A DNA stretch of 64,000 nucleotides, from assembly GCA_002269645.1 (NCBI GenBank), contig NIVC01000359.1, positions 124,001-188,000 on the forward strand, in the 5' to 3' direction. Of the stretch, positions 36,005-49,900 are shown one piece after another. This DNA is from Macrostomum lignano (taxonomy: Eukaryota). How positions within the stretch are numbered: position 1 is the stretch's first letter; each line of letters opens with the position of its first letter. Made by a program: the position numbers and the translations under genes. A model generated the notes under the pieces. It was not told the origin of the DNA. It searched no databases and worked only from the letters and a program-made list of their open reading frames with translations.

Positions 36005-36447
36005 TACATGTACGTGTAGCTTTTCTGTACTTGGGGGGAACATGTCACCCCTGTCCATCCCCCCCCCGTGGCGACGCATCTGGTTTGGCCACTTCTGCGC
36101 CTTTGCATCAGCCGTCTACTATAATTTACTGGCTTTTTTGCAGATTATAGTCCGCTTAATTTAATCAAATTAATCAATTAACGCATACTGCACTACGTAG
36201 TTCAAAGAGTATTGAGTATTGAGTACTAGGCGACCTCAATACTCTCTGACGTAGTCGCTTTCAAATTATCGCAGTTTTCAGTCTATGGTCGAACTCGCAT
36301 ATGCTGTTTCCGCGCTAGTCTGTGTTAACAATCAAACTTGACGATTACACCATTCACTTTACAGTTACCTTGAACTAAGAAGCTTTTAAGCTAAAGGAAA
36401 AGCTGATTATTAAAACTGCAACAAAATAGTATATCTGGCTAATCAAT

Positions 36448-37110
36448 ATGCAACAGCCGTGGAACTACAATCTAGGGTTAAGCTTTCAGTGCGGCGACGG
36501 AGCTTACAACGGAGTAGGCTGCGGCGGCAATGAAAACGATGGCTGCGTATCACAGGGAACTCAGCAGTACTCCGCCGACTCCGCGTTGATGTTTCCGCAG
36601 CAGTTCTACGCCAACGATAGCTTCGGCTCTGATCAATATCAGCAGCAGAACCTGCTGGAGCAGTTTCAGCTGCAGCCGCAGCAACAGGAGCAGCAGTTTA
36701 TGTCAGAGATGAATCTGATGACGCCGAATAACTTTATTATGATGCAGCAAGAGCAGCAAGAGCAGCCTGACGATAATGAGCTACTTGGCGATGGCGGCAG
36801 CGGTGGAATGTGCAACGTAATGAGCTGCTGTGGAATGGCACAGTCTGGCGGGTTCGACGGCATGCAGGCAGGTGGCTGGCCGATGCAGATGCCGATGGCG
36901 GCAGGCGACATGCAGTTCGGCATGCAAATGCAGTCTGTCTGTTCGGACGGTGGCGGCTTCAACAGCGGCTCCGGGATGTGTTGTGGCTTTGGCGGCGACA
37001 GTAACGGAGGCAGCTGCAACGGAGGCGAAATGAGCAGCGTCCTGTCCATGCAAGGTTTCGGCGGCTGTAACCCGTGGCAACGACCCGCGGGCATGCTGCC
37101 AGACATCTGA
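36448..37110 (+). CDS. Uncharacterised single-exon Q/G/M/C-rich low-complexity protein, 220 aa
   Basis: ATG to TGA ORF, GC-rich coding-like island between AT-rich flanks, not built from a DNA tandem repeat; no recognisable domain. Confidence 0.6.
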   Translation: MQQPWNYNLGLSFQCGDGAYNGVGCGGNENDGCVSQGTQQYSADSALMFPQQFYANDSFGSDQYQQQNLLEQFQLQPQQQEQQFMSEMNLMTPNNFIMMQQEQQEQPDDNELLGDGGSGGMCNVMSCCGMAQSGGFDGMQAGGWPMQMPMAAGDMQFGMQMQSVCSDGGGFNSGSGMCCGFGGDSNGGSCNGGEMSSVLSMQGFGGCNPWQRPAGMLPDI

Positions 37111-38277
37111 TTGGCTGCAAAACTGACGACACAGTCAGGAACTGCTGGCGCGTCTTATAAAGGAATTATTTATTGTTAAAACTTATCTTTAATTGCGGTG
37201 GCCCCCTAACGAGGGAGGTTGATTTTGTGCTCATTTGCAGAAGGTAGAACAAAACCAAAGATGCCAAACTAAACTTTAACAAACTTATAACCTTTGTCAA
37301 TGCAGATGTCCTCAGAAGTACCAGCACGCATATCTTTTTTAAATACAGAAGTATCGCAAAGTTGCTTTCTCATATGATTGACGTAAAATGTACTAAAACA
37401 TTTATACACTTTTATTACTTTCTTTTTCGCAATCTGAAGGTGTTTTAACTTGTTTTAATATACAGAATTATTACATCAATTGCTAAGAATATAGCTACGA
37501 ACTTGCTTATTTCTTTTTTGCTTTGTTTGTTTGTCTGTTTGATTTGTTTGATTGTTCGTTCGTTCGTTCGTCTGCTTGCTTGTTTGCTAGCATTACAAAG
37601 TGCTGCTGTTATTTAACAGAAATAAATTAGTTATACTCAGTATATTGTAATATTGGTGTACATAGATAGACAAGGATTCAGTCGTAGAGCAAGAGTAATG
37701 TTTGCATAGAACTAAAATGAATATATTTCAATCATACGTAATAGATTATGCCACTCAGAAATAACTACCTTGACATTGTGAGGATGATGAAGCGACATCC
37801 AGAAGAAAGATTCCAATATAGCCCGTACTTGGCTTGGATGCATATACAGTGTATGCGTTATGCACTTATTACAGCTCATATAATAGGTGAAAGTGAGCTA
37901 CAATAATTCAAGGAACCTCTGCGGAGAATTAACAGCTTCGAAAAGATAGTTTACCAAGTTCTAGAGTTCAAGTATATCTTCGTTAAAAAGGCAAAATTTC
38001 AATCCCAGATTTCCTCTTACAAGTACATAGGCAAGCGCTACGTGTAACGTTATTACTCTGCTCCATAATTAATCAGCGTAAGGCCATAATGGCCTTACAT
38101 AACACAGTACGTCAGCTGTTGAATTTAGGGAAAATTCAATTCTCAAATATCGAGCGCAGCTTCTGATTGATGAAGAAGTTAACATGATGAAGGATTTTGA
38201 AATAATCAGACCAGTAAACTTTGGTTAGGAGAGCATATTATAGACTAGAAGCATTTTCAACTCTGTCACACTCTCAG

Positions 38278-40725
38278 TCAGACCTCCGACACCGTGAGAT
38301 CCAAATCCTCAGACAGCTTCTTTTTCTTCCCCTTCTTCTTGCGCTCCGAGGGCCCGTCGACGTCAAGGTTCAGGACCGTGTCATCGGCACCCGGCGCCTC
38401 CACCGGCGTTGCTGCAGCTTTCTTCTTTTTCTTCTTTTTCTTGCCGTCATCGTCGCCAGGCTGAGTGGCCGCTTCTTCTACAACCTCGGCCTCGGCCTCC
38501 GCTTTCTTGCCTTTCTTCTTCTTCGTCGTCTTTTTGGCCGCGTCTTCGGTGACGTCCCAATTGGCTTCAACTGGTGGCGGAGGCGGTGCCGCGTCCTCCG
38601 CTGCCTGCTTCTTTTTGCCTTTTTTCTTTGTCTCCTTCGCGCCAGAGGCCGCTTCGCCCTCGTTAACTATGCTAGTCTTGGCGCGCGTGATGCCCAGCTC
38701 GCGCTCCAGTTCTTGAGCGCGCTCCTCGGCGGGTACGTGGCTGCCACCCTCAGCTTCGGCCGGTTCCTCAGCCGCAATGTCCTGCAGCGTTTTGCGTCGC
38801 TCGAGGCGCTTCTTGGCTAGGCGCTCTTTCAGAATCTGCTCCTGCCGCTCTTTATTTTTGCGCTTTCTGGCAATGAGGGTTGATTTAATAATGAAGTTTT
38901 TTAGTGTTATGTCGAACAATAGTTCAGTCTCACCAACACAAATGTATTTTTCCTACATCCCGTTACATTTCCTATAGAGTAGCACACCAGGCTGCTGAAA
39001 GTCTAGCAACTCCAAATTTTCAAAATGTTCGGGACGTGAACGTTTCAAATTGATTGCATATACGAGCTACATCTGCAAAGTAGGCTTTTGATTCGCATAA
39101 AAAACTGATGCCGATAAATTAAACGGATAAAAAAACATCTTACTGTTCTTCCGCCTCTTGGTTGCTCTCCATCAGTTCCATGGCCTGTGTCTCTTCGTCA
39201 GCTTTCTTTTTTTCTTTACGAGCCTTTCGAGCTTCTTTGCGCGCCTGTAGCGCCTCCTGTTGACGCGCCTTCTCGCCCTGCATCATGTCGTCCATCATCT
39301 TCATTTGCTCCATTAGTTCTTCTTTTTCTTCCTTAACCTTGGCGTCCTCCTCCATCGTGCGCTCCCGCTGCGGCGGAGTCGCGGTGCTCTGCCAACTGGC
39401 CGAGGCCATCGCCGAGGCACCTTCGTCCTCGCCCGGTCGGCTCATCCGCATTCGGTAGGCGGTGCCTGGCCGCGACCCGGAGCTGCTGGCAGTGTAAGGC
39501 CGCTGGTCGAAGTTGCTGGCCTCCGAGCCGACGCGGCGCGCGTACTCGGGCACGTAGGACGCCCCGGCGCCACCCTCTGCATCTTGAGCCGGTAGTTGCG
39601 CCGTTTTTGCACCTCGGTAGTTTTATTTGGCACGTCTCTGCCAACGGCTTTTAGGTAGTCCTGCACAACCTTCTTGTTGTACTCGCTCTCAAAGTGGACC
39701 TTGGTCTGAGCGTCCTCTTCGTCTATGTCGGCGTATTCGAGACTCTCGGCGCCACCGCGTTCTCGCGCTGGTGAGTAATTGATTCGTCGTGGCGGGTCAT
39801 GGTAACTTTTCAATTCTGTTGGAAATACTCCTTCTACACAGGCATTTTGATAAAAAAATAATGCGAGTGTATACTTTTTAATGCATATGTATCGTCGATT
39901 TTGCTTATTTTTAGAACGTGGCAAATCAAATGAAATGATCAGAAAAGGCTGCAAAAAAAGATGGTTTGAATGAACAATGGAAAAACAAGCGCATAGTCAG
40001 CATAGAACAGCTAGCTATACAAGCCTATTTCAAGCAGACACTCATGCATTAGTTGCCATAGTAACCAAGAAGTCGACAGAAATGCCGGAGCGATCTACTT
40101 CCTGTGAGTGGAAAATTTCCTGAAATGGAGCTAGTAAACTCAGATTACTTACCCAAAACCTTTGCGGTAGTTTTCAGCACGTCCTGCTCCTCCTTGATCG
40201 AGTCGCCAACCTCCCGGATGTCCTGACGCGATTTGGCCACAATGTCCAGAAACATTTGCGACTCCTTGTGCATGAGCATCTCGGCCATGCGTATGAACGT
40301 ATTCTACGATGGAATAGAGGATCGGGGGGTTCGATTGCTTTCCATTAACTTGGCTGTGGAGTAGGCCTAATTATTTGGTTCGAAGCTTGAGCAGCTTTTC
40401 TTAGGACAATTCTCCATGCCTCCCGGCCTAGCTCCCGTTAGCAAAAAGTCCATACGTTGATGCGTTGTGGTTTAAGCAAGTCCTTTAAGCATGTCTACTT
40501 CTATTGAAAATTCAAGTATTTACCAATACTCCAGGCGTTTGGGTTAGGGATTTAAATACGATATAGTTGGTGTGGGCGTTTTTTGCCACATTTCGATTTT
40601 GGTACCTTTAACCCTACCTGCATTTCGGGATCCATCGACTCAAGCCTCTCCTTGATCTCCTCTTCCGAGTAGATACGCTTCCGCTGGCGCTCTGGCTCAA
40701 CAGATTTTCTACCAAACAGCGGCAT
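38278..40725 (-). CDS. Uncharacterised lysine/glutamate-rich coiled-coil protein, 4 exons, about 506 aa, one frameshift in exon 3
   Basis: Exons 40725-40618, 40303-40153, 39815-39144, 38866-38278 with GT..AG and matching phases, except that exon 3 is 1 nt short (frame switch at about 39561-39580). Confidence 0.72.
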
Positions 40726-41749
40726 TCTCACTCTGGCGATGTTGGCTTGATACAATTAACTAATGAAAATGCGTAGCACAGACAGCGCTGCAAGATTATA
40801 AATTAAATTGCCACTCCGACAGTTCAATACCTTTGTCTTTTCTAATCCTCTCTTTTCTAGGAGCGCAGGTAAGCCTAAGTCAGAAGCTGCTCCAGTGGGA
40901 GAACAATTGGATAGCAGATTTCGTCCCCTCTGCAAGGGCAGGGGAGCGCGGAGGGGGATGCGGAGAGAGCCGCGTGCTGTGCTGCAGCAGCGCGCAGCTA
41001 GGCAGAGGTTATACTCGTACAGCTTCGGGGGAGAGAGAACCGCGCAAGTACAGTAAAGAAGAACGGAGCAGTGGAGGCAGAAATGCGAGCTATTGATGCC
41101 TAGTCAGGCTCCAAAATGTTTTCAGTAACCATGGAAATGGTCAGTTTGTTGTCTTTCTCTTTCCCTGTCTTCCTCTCTCCTCAACTGCCATGCGGCATGC
41201 TTTTTCCTCGTTTCCAATTTTTATCAGTGCACTCCCACCAATGCAAGCTCTTCCCTAAGTCTGCAATTCTACATGAATTATATAACACTGTACAGCCAGC
41301 ATTCTTACTACTATAGCCCCTAGACCCATGAACAACAGAAAAGCGAGCAAAAGAAATCCAAGTACATTTTTATGCCAATTTGGTTTACAATACGGGAGCG
41401 CAACAAATGGCAAACAACAGTAGCTGTCATTTCCAAAAAATATGAAACAGAAATGAATTAAAATAAACTGAAATATGAAAATATGAGCTTTTATCTCTAT
41501 ATTCACCTGCATGCATATATACTGATTTGTCTCACGTTCAGAAAAAATGATTGGCCAGCCGTTTTTTGGCTCTCTGCAGCTATACTATGAATTTGTGAGC
41601 CAGGACAAGCTCATGCGGGCTCGCAGCTAGTTCGAACTACTTAGTAAATGAACGTGGGAACTGGACAAGACAAAAATCTATGGAAAATTAATTTCATTTA
41701 GTTAGAAGTGTTACTGCTCACACTGCAAGTCTCAATTACATAAATAATA

Positions 41750-42900
41750 TTTCTTAGTTCTTTCAACGAGTTCGTAGAGGAATCGATCGGACTGAAGCTG
41801 CAGCAGAGCTGTCGCTGCGTCTCCCTGTCCCCACTTCTACTGCAGATCGACGTGACACAGTGCGTTGTCCTTGGAGACCTGAACGCGGTTCTGCGTAGGT
41901 TTAAACGGTCGCTGTTCGTGAGGCCACGAGAGAACGGCAACAACTTGAGAGGCCGGGCTAACACGTGCTTCTGCAGGGCTCTCGCAACCTAGGTGGGCTG
42001 CAAGCGGAGGCAACGGAACGTGTCGGAACGTAATATGAAGGCAGGCACAACTGGATCATGAGTTTCTGTGATTTCGTGAGCGGTACCGCGTCGTCAACTG
42101 CCGCTCTATCATGCCATGCCGCTGGCTTTGCAGTTCGATCATCGGCTTTTCATCTGCGAACTTCGTCTTCGCGATCTGCTTTACCGTTTGCCGAAGTGGC
42201 CTGCGGCGCTACTACGCTCGCACCGCGCGCAGGGACGTAGGAACGCATCGCAGGTTTGCAAGCGTCTTTACGAGCTATCACAGCGCTAGGCGGCAACCGA
42301 GGAGGTGCCCAGTGCGCGAACGTGTGCGCTGCAGTTCGATCCGCCGTGGAACTGGCAGACCCGCTGATGCGACGGGCTCATCGCTGGCAGTCCTCTATAG
42401 CTGGCAACGACTCTGAGAATCGACAAACGAAGGAATTAAGCAAGAGAGGCTCCGTTTGAGCAGGCAACCAACCTGATCAAAAGTTTTTGTTTTTTATCTA
42501 CGTCGTGTACTTGTATTTTAGGGGTCGAACTCTAGTCTTTTTACTATTCTTGTACTCGTCAAGTCTCACATATGTCTCTCTCGCCACGTCCTGCAGGGTT
42601 GGTCGACAATTTGAGCGTGCCCAATGCCCCTCCCTGCCGTCGGTCTCCGGCCCTGCAGACACGTGTCGCGCTCAACTGCTACGAGTTTTGTACTTGCTCT
42701 GAAATGGTCTGGCGGTTGCTGCGGTTTTCTTTAGCCAACCTTGCTTTTGAGTCCAGTGCCCTCGCGGTTTTGGCCTTAATTGTTTCGCCGAACCGTCGAA
42801 TTCCCGAGCAAGCGAGCCTTATAACTCGTGTCTGCGATCATGTTTCCTGGCTGTACTACTCCGGCGCTATGACCTCCTTCTTTCAGATTTCTAACGCTTA
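41750..42900 (+). mobile_element. Decayed non-LTR retrotransposon (LINE) AP-endonuclease fragment
   Basis: APE motifs in shifting frames and correct order: CVVLGDLNA, RENGNNL, QLDHEFL, FDHRLFICELRL; multiple stops and frameshifts. Confidence 0.55.
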
Positions 42901-45900
42901 TATAAATTAGTTGTTAGTTGCAGCAAGCAACACGATTCGAATCGGATCCAGACACTGCTCTCTATTGCACGTCACGTAAAAATGCGTGTGGGTATTCTTT
43001 GACGAATATTTCCTGCAGAACTGCCAGCTCAATAATAAATTCTTTGTGTAAATTTATTCTCTGTTAATTTGTGCGTTCATATTCTTTATTACATTTAATG
43101 ATTTAATTTGTCGAAATTTCTTAAAAATGTGTTGTCGCGGTTTCCCATTGCAATGTACATACATTCATTCGGTATAGGTGTTCCTTGCGCCAATAATTGA
43201 AATGGCTTCCTTAAGCTTAAACTCTTGTTTCTCTTCTTCAGTAGTAACTTCGAAAGCAGCTTTGTGCAGGTGACATTTTGTGGCAAAAATTTCGTGAAGC
43301 TGGGACTAAAAATTGCCATTCAGTGTCATATGCACCCGTTGGAGGGTTCTTATGGTAAATTCGTACCTTCGTCCGCAATCCTTCTATCTTGCATCATGAA
43401 GCCTTGATTTTCCAAAAGTCGGACATTATTTTCTGGGAAGACCAAGTGTCATGCTATTATTAACCCGTCACTCGAAGTCAACATGAATACATTTTTCGCG
43501 TCGCATTACAGATCTATGGAATTGTATCCAGCCTTATCCAAAGAAATATCAGTCAAATATCAGTGCCAAAAAGTATCAGTGTCGAAAGTACAAGCGTTAC
43601 CCACTTTTGATTGGTCGGCGTGAAACTGCGCAAGATGACCAGTCCAAGTAGACGGGTCAGTGTGCGAGGCGAAAAATTTTAGTACCGCACGGCTTATTGA
43701 AATAAATTTTACTTTAAACCCAACGAGTCAGTGTGTTTTACTGCATAGTTCGTAGAGAATCTTTAATAAATGTACAACTTCATAGTGGAATCAGCCAAAA
43801 TATGTAAAATCATGCATGCATCTATCTTACAATATATTCACATATAGTTTGAGTTATGCTAATTGATTAATGTCTGGCCGGGTGATCGAAGTCCTGCATG
43901 TCAATTTTCAGCTACAGACAGCAAGCGCGGAGCACTCGAAATCGAATATCAATCTAATACACACTTCCATGTCGCTAGCCGCGTCTCAGCCGCGTCAAAA
44001 TTGTAAACTCATGCCCCAGATGCGGTTGTAGTAAAATCTTATAGACACTTCCATGTCATGTTACACTGTGGTGTGGAGAAAGGAAAACATCAGTTTTTTG
44101 CAAATTATAAAAAAATCCTTTCAATCGCAAGCCCCCCTTTTTTTAGGCTGTTTATCTCGTGGGTGATTTTTTTACTGTAAAAAACATGAATTTTGTGCTT
44201 TAAGGCAGAGATTTTTGTTATATCCAAATATCAATCTTGAATTATCGCTGCGGGAAATCCCTATGTACAAATGACGATATAACAGTGGGCTCGTTGCTCT
44301 AGCCAAATCGTCTTCCTTTAGCGGCTACAACTGTAGTCTTAGCCCTACTGTCCTATCATCCTATGGATGAGAAAAATCTAATGGATTAAACCATTGAGCA
44401 GCCATACCATCATTCATCAATAAGCTCAAAATTCTAGTTTTGCATAGGCCTAATGAATACTAATAGTTCTTAATTATTTTTTCACTTTATTTTTTTGGGC
44501 TATAAAAAGCAGTCAATATGAATAAATAGGCCTAGATAGCTTACATAACCGAGTAGATCCATTTAGTTTAGTCAAAACTAATACGAAAAAGCCAAGAATT
44601 AGGTCTTGGAGTTGGACCTGGACTTTGACTATTTATTAATTTATAAAGGTAAAACAGAAATTAAATCTGCCCTCTAATAAATAAACCATAACTTATAAGC
44701 ATGGCTTCTATACTATTATAAATTTTTCAAGTTTATAAACATTTTATTAGGCTGTAGATAGGGCCTAGGCTAGAGTCCAACTAAGATCTCAATCTCAATC
44801 TCAAAATTTTGAGTCTTGGCTTGGAATTTGAGAGCAGTCAAGTAAGATTGAATTCAATACAAAAAGTATAAAAATATTGTAAAGTTCCAAATAAAAAACA
44901 ATTCATTGCCTAATGCATAATTAGGGCCTAGCACTTTTTGTTTGCAATATATTAATGGCTTTTTCAATTAAAATACATTGACATTGTATTTATACAAAAC
45001 AGATTCAAATACAAGTTATTCTCAAAGGGAAAATTACAAAAAATATAGATTTTTGTGTTTGTGTTTTTTGCAAAAAAAGTTCCAGCACATTGTGCAATCA
45101 AACTATTTTGATAGGATTTGTTCTAACACAGGTATGCTATGATCTTGATTCTTGACTATGGTTCACTTGGCATCCTGGTAAGCCATTGTCACCTTCAACC
45201 TAGGCCTATTTATGTATTTTACAGTGGCATATAGTGACATAGCTAGAGACCTAGAGTTAATGGTAATGGCATATATTTTTATATTACCGCATATATATAT
45301 ATTATTGTAATGGTACATTTGAGCTATTTCTTTTTTATTATTATCTATTTACTTATAAAATAGGCTAAATCTTATATATATCTTTTCATTAGAACTATTC
45401 TTCCTGTACAAATTCACAATTGCAGCTGGATTTCTAATTCTCAATCAATTTATTCTTAATCTTGAATTTTTTATAGAATTCTTGCTTAATCTCACTCAAA
45501 CAAAAATCTGATCTTAGTTGGACTCTAAGATAGGCTTGGATTAGAGTGCAATGCCTTTAATCAAAAATAAACTAGCTTTCTTCCTATTTATTTGTAATCT
45601 GTCAATACCTTTTGATATAATTTTAGCCATTTTATGTTAAATAGGCCTAGTTTTAGGCCTATAGAAAATTAAGTTTATAGCAAAGACAAGGCAAAAAACA
45701 CAAAAATTGCATGTTTAAAACAAAGCTATATTTACAAAAACTATATAAATTAGGGTTTATTTTTGCTTTTAAATTTTTAAATTGAATTTTGCTTTAGGCC
45801 TAGGGCTAGGTTTATGCTAAGTAGTAAAGTAGATAATAAGCCTAGACCCTACTAAACAATAGTATAATTTTTTATCATAGTTAGGACAAGGCCTGTATTT

Positions 45901-46935
45901 TCTAAGGCCTATATCTAGTTCCCAACTTATATCTAATAATATCACTCAACTCAATTAGGACTTAGAAGATAGTTGGAGCTATTGATTTTATAGGGGATAG
46001 GGTAGTAAAAATGAATGTTGGCTATTTCAAAGTAAGGGGAACTTTTAAAATCCTTGGAATTTAGGACTTTAAGCAATAAAGATTTTTAATAGCATATCTA
46101 TGTTGCAGTTGGGTAATAAAGGCTAAAAGTCAAGATGATGTTTTCACTTTCCAAGGGGAGCTCTTAAGTCCTTAGGGTTAGGGATTAAGATTAGGGTTAC
46201 AATAGTGAGAGTTAAATTTAAGAGGAATATTTTCATTTTCAATGTGATTAAGAGCTCTTAAGTCTCTATAATTAAGGACTCAAGCAACAAAGACAATTTT
46301 TTGATATTTTATGCACATTATAGTTGCAATAGTGGAGGCTTAGGTTAAGATAATAAATGAAGCCATCTAGCATGTCACTATCAAAGAAGGCAAGATTGCA
46401 AAGGCTTCTTGGAAACCAACTAATAAGTAGGCCATTGCTCTCACAGAAGATCTCAATAAAAAGGAGAGATTTTGTTACTAAGTTATTTTAAACATTATGA
46501 AGAGATATGTGAAGATAGAAGGAACTCCCAAGCTACTATTGCATATATTGCAAAAAACCTAGTTTATAGATAGATTAATGACTCAATGGTAACAGTAAAT
46601 ATGCCCGACTCTTGCATTATGATGTCTGGTTTGATTCTTTTTATAGCCACAATAATTTTTTTAGCTTTTTCACAAAAATTTAGCCTGGATTATTGTGAAA
46701 TTCACACCTATGAGGGCCAACCCCAGAAGCAAATGATGTAAATTCTTGACAATTAAATAGTCAAAGGGCTGCTGTGCACCCTGTGGCAAGTTTGCAAATC
46801 TCTGTACTGAACTGTATTGTTTCACCTGTATGCACTTACGAGCTTGTTGCAGGACAATGTCACCAAGTGTTGCGCTCTCCCAAATTTTATGCTCATGTAT
46901 TACATAAATATGCACATTTTTTTCCAGCCAGATCA

Positions 46936-49900
46936 ATGCGGCTAACTCAAATTCTATGCTATGCTCAAGGCGTGCGTCCAGGCAGAATTGAGCATTATGA
47001 AAAACTGTCTAGAATTATGTGGAAGGAGAAGGACAGATTTATGAATGTGACTGTGCCCCGGCCAAGGCCAGAGGTGGCTGCCGAGCTAGACAAGCACCAG
47101 CCTGAGGATATGTTCGAGTCGGATCGCTACGAAAAAGAGGTCCTTGCCGCCACTACTGCCGATTTGGATTGGCAGGCTCCCGACTTTTCTGGCTGGCTAT
47201 GGAAAAATCCTCGGTGAGTTTCACTTGGATCTAGTAGCTAATCAGAGATGATACCCCTGGTAGCTAATCAGAGATGATACCCTCCCTGTCTGGTAGCTAA
47301 TCAGAGGTGATACCCTCCCTGTCTGGTAGCTAATCAGAGGTGATACCCTCCCTGTCTGGTAGCTAATCAGAGATGATACCCTCCCTGTCTGGTAGCTAAT
47401 CAGAGATGATACCCTCCCTGTCTGGTAGCTAATCAGAGATGATACCCTCCCTGTCTGGTAGCTAATCAGAGATTATACCCTTCCTGTCTGGTAGCTAATC
47501 AGAGATGATACCCTCCCTGTCTGGTAGCTAATCAGAGATGATACCCTCCCTGTCTGGTAGCTAATCAGAGATGATACCCTCCCTGTCTGGTAGCTAATCA
47601 GAGATGATACCCTCCCTGTCTGGTACCTAATCAGAGATTATACCCTCCCCGTCTGGTACCTAATCAGAGATGATACCCTCCCCGTCTGGTAGCTAATCAG
47701 AGATGATACCCTCCCTGTCTGGTAGCTAATCAGAGATGATACCCTCCCTGTCTGGTAGCTAATCAGAGATGATACCCTCCCTGTCTGGTAGCTAATCAGA
47801 GATGATACCCTCCCTGTCTGGTAGCTAATCAGAGATGATACCCTCCCTGTCTGGTAGCTAATCAGAGATGATACCCTCCCTGTCTGGTAGCTAATCAGAG
47901 ATGATACCCTCTCTGTCTGGTAGCTAATCAGAGATTATACCCTTCCTGTCTGGTAGCTAATCAGAGATGATACCCTCCCTGTCTGGTAGCTAATCAGAGA
48001 TGATACCCTCCCTGTCTGGTAGCTAATCAGAGATGATACCCTCCCTGTCTGGTAGCTAATCAGAGATGATACCCTCCCTGTCTGGTAGCTAATCAGAGAT
48101 GATACCCTCCCCGTCTGGTAGCTAATCAGAGATAATATCCTCCCCGTCTGGTAGCTAATCAGAGATTATACCCTCCCCATCTGGTAGCTAATCAGAGATG
48201 ATATACTCCCCGTCTGGTAGCTAATCAGAGATGATACCCTCCCTGTCTGGTAGCTAATCAGAGATGATACCCTCCCTGTCTGATAGCTAATCAGAGATGA
48301 TAACCTCCCTGTCTGGTAGCTAATCAGATATGATACTCTCCCTGTCTGGTAGCTAATCAGAGATGATACCCTCCCTGTCTGGTAGCTAATCAGAGATGAT
48401 ACCCTCCCTGTCTGGTAGCTAATCAGAGATGATACCCTCTCTGTCTGGTAGCTAATCAGAGATGATACCCTCCCTGTCTGGTAGCTAATCAGAGATGATA
48501 CCCTCCCTGTCTGGTAGCTAATCAGAGATGATACCCTCCCTGTCTGGTAGCTAATCAGAGATGATACCCTCCCTGTCTGGTAGCTAATCAGAGATGATAC
48601 CCTCCCTGTCTGGTAGCTAATCAGAGATCATACCCTCCCCGTCTGGTAGCTAGTTGGGACATGGGACTGATACTCTGATTACTTATTAGCTAATCGGGAA
48701 TGATCCATCAACCCTCCTCACATGATAGATAATCGGATATGATATCCTCATCTCAGAGCTACATACTCATAGCCTTCACCCCCTATACTCTCTCGTAGTC
48801 TAAAGCCCGAATTCTAAGACACGTCGACACCCGATTCTTTGGACTTTCAGCAAGCAAAGCCAGCCTGCCAGACTCTTTAATTGGCGCCAGCGCTGGGAGC
48901 ATCCGGAAGCCCAGGCCTCAGCCCTTACTAAAACTTTAATTAGTAGGCGACTTCCAGAGAACTTATCGGCGAGCCTAGCCAAGCTGACGGAATCCCTAAC
49001 CGAAGCCGACACCGAGGCTCTGCAGCGGGCTTTCATGCACGCGCACCATTGGCACTCGGATGACATCCGACTGCCGCTTCGGCACAATCCTGAGGTTCGG
49101 ATCAGCGAATTTCATGGGGATCGAGGCATTCCCTCGAACTGGGGCATCAGGCTGAACTACTTGACCGCCCCCCCCCCCTGCCATCCTCTCCGCCCTCTAC
49201 CCAGCTATCTGATGGCACTAATTCCACCCTCTAACCCAGCTATCTGATGGAACTACTTCCACCCTCAACCCAGCTATCTGATGGCACCACTTGCGCCCTC
49301 AACCCAGCTATCTGATGGCACCACTTGCGCCCTCAACCCAGCTATCTGATGGCACCACTTGCGCCCTCAACCCAGCTATCTGATGGCACCACTTGCGCCC
49401 TCAACCCAGCTATCTGATGGCACCACTTGCGCCCTTAACCCAGCTATCTGATGGCACCACTTGCGCCCTCTACCCAGCTATCTGATGGCACCACTTCCGC
49501 GCTGCACCCAACTGCATGTATCGTCATTCGCCACTTCATGTCACAACATATCACTAACTATATTACACCGACCCGCCGCCCATGCAGAACAGTGTGTACA
49601 AATTCCGAACGGAGTTTGGCATACCGCCGGATCGCATTGTGCGCCACCTCATGTCCAATTTGTTGCGCTGGACGGCAATTCGGCATCCCAGCTGCGATCG
49701 GCATCTGCTGCGCGACTGCCTGCTGGAGACGGCGTTTCATTGGCGAGGAGTTACCGTGCACTTTCAGGTTGGCGCTGGATAGATTCTCATATGAGAGCCC
49801 TGGATAGATTCTCATTATGAGAGCCCTGGATAGATTCTCATATGAGAGCCCTGGATAGATTCTCATTATGAGAGCCCTGGATAGATTCTCATATGAGAGC

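Larger units (their letters stand above)
29708..36082. mobile_element. Putative hAT-like MITE (about 360 bp net) acting as host for nested insertions
   Basis: Degenerate termini CAGCAGCGGCGTCGTCGCCA and TGGCGACGCATCTG; flanks TTTTGGCC and GTTTGGCC (7/8 match, 8-bp TSD-like). Confidence 0.42.
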
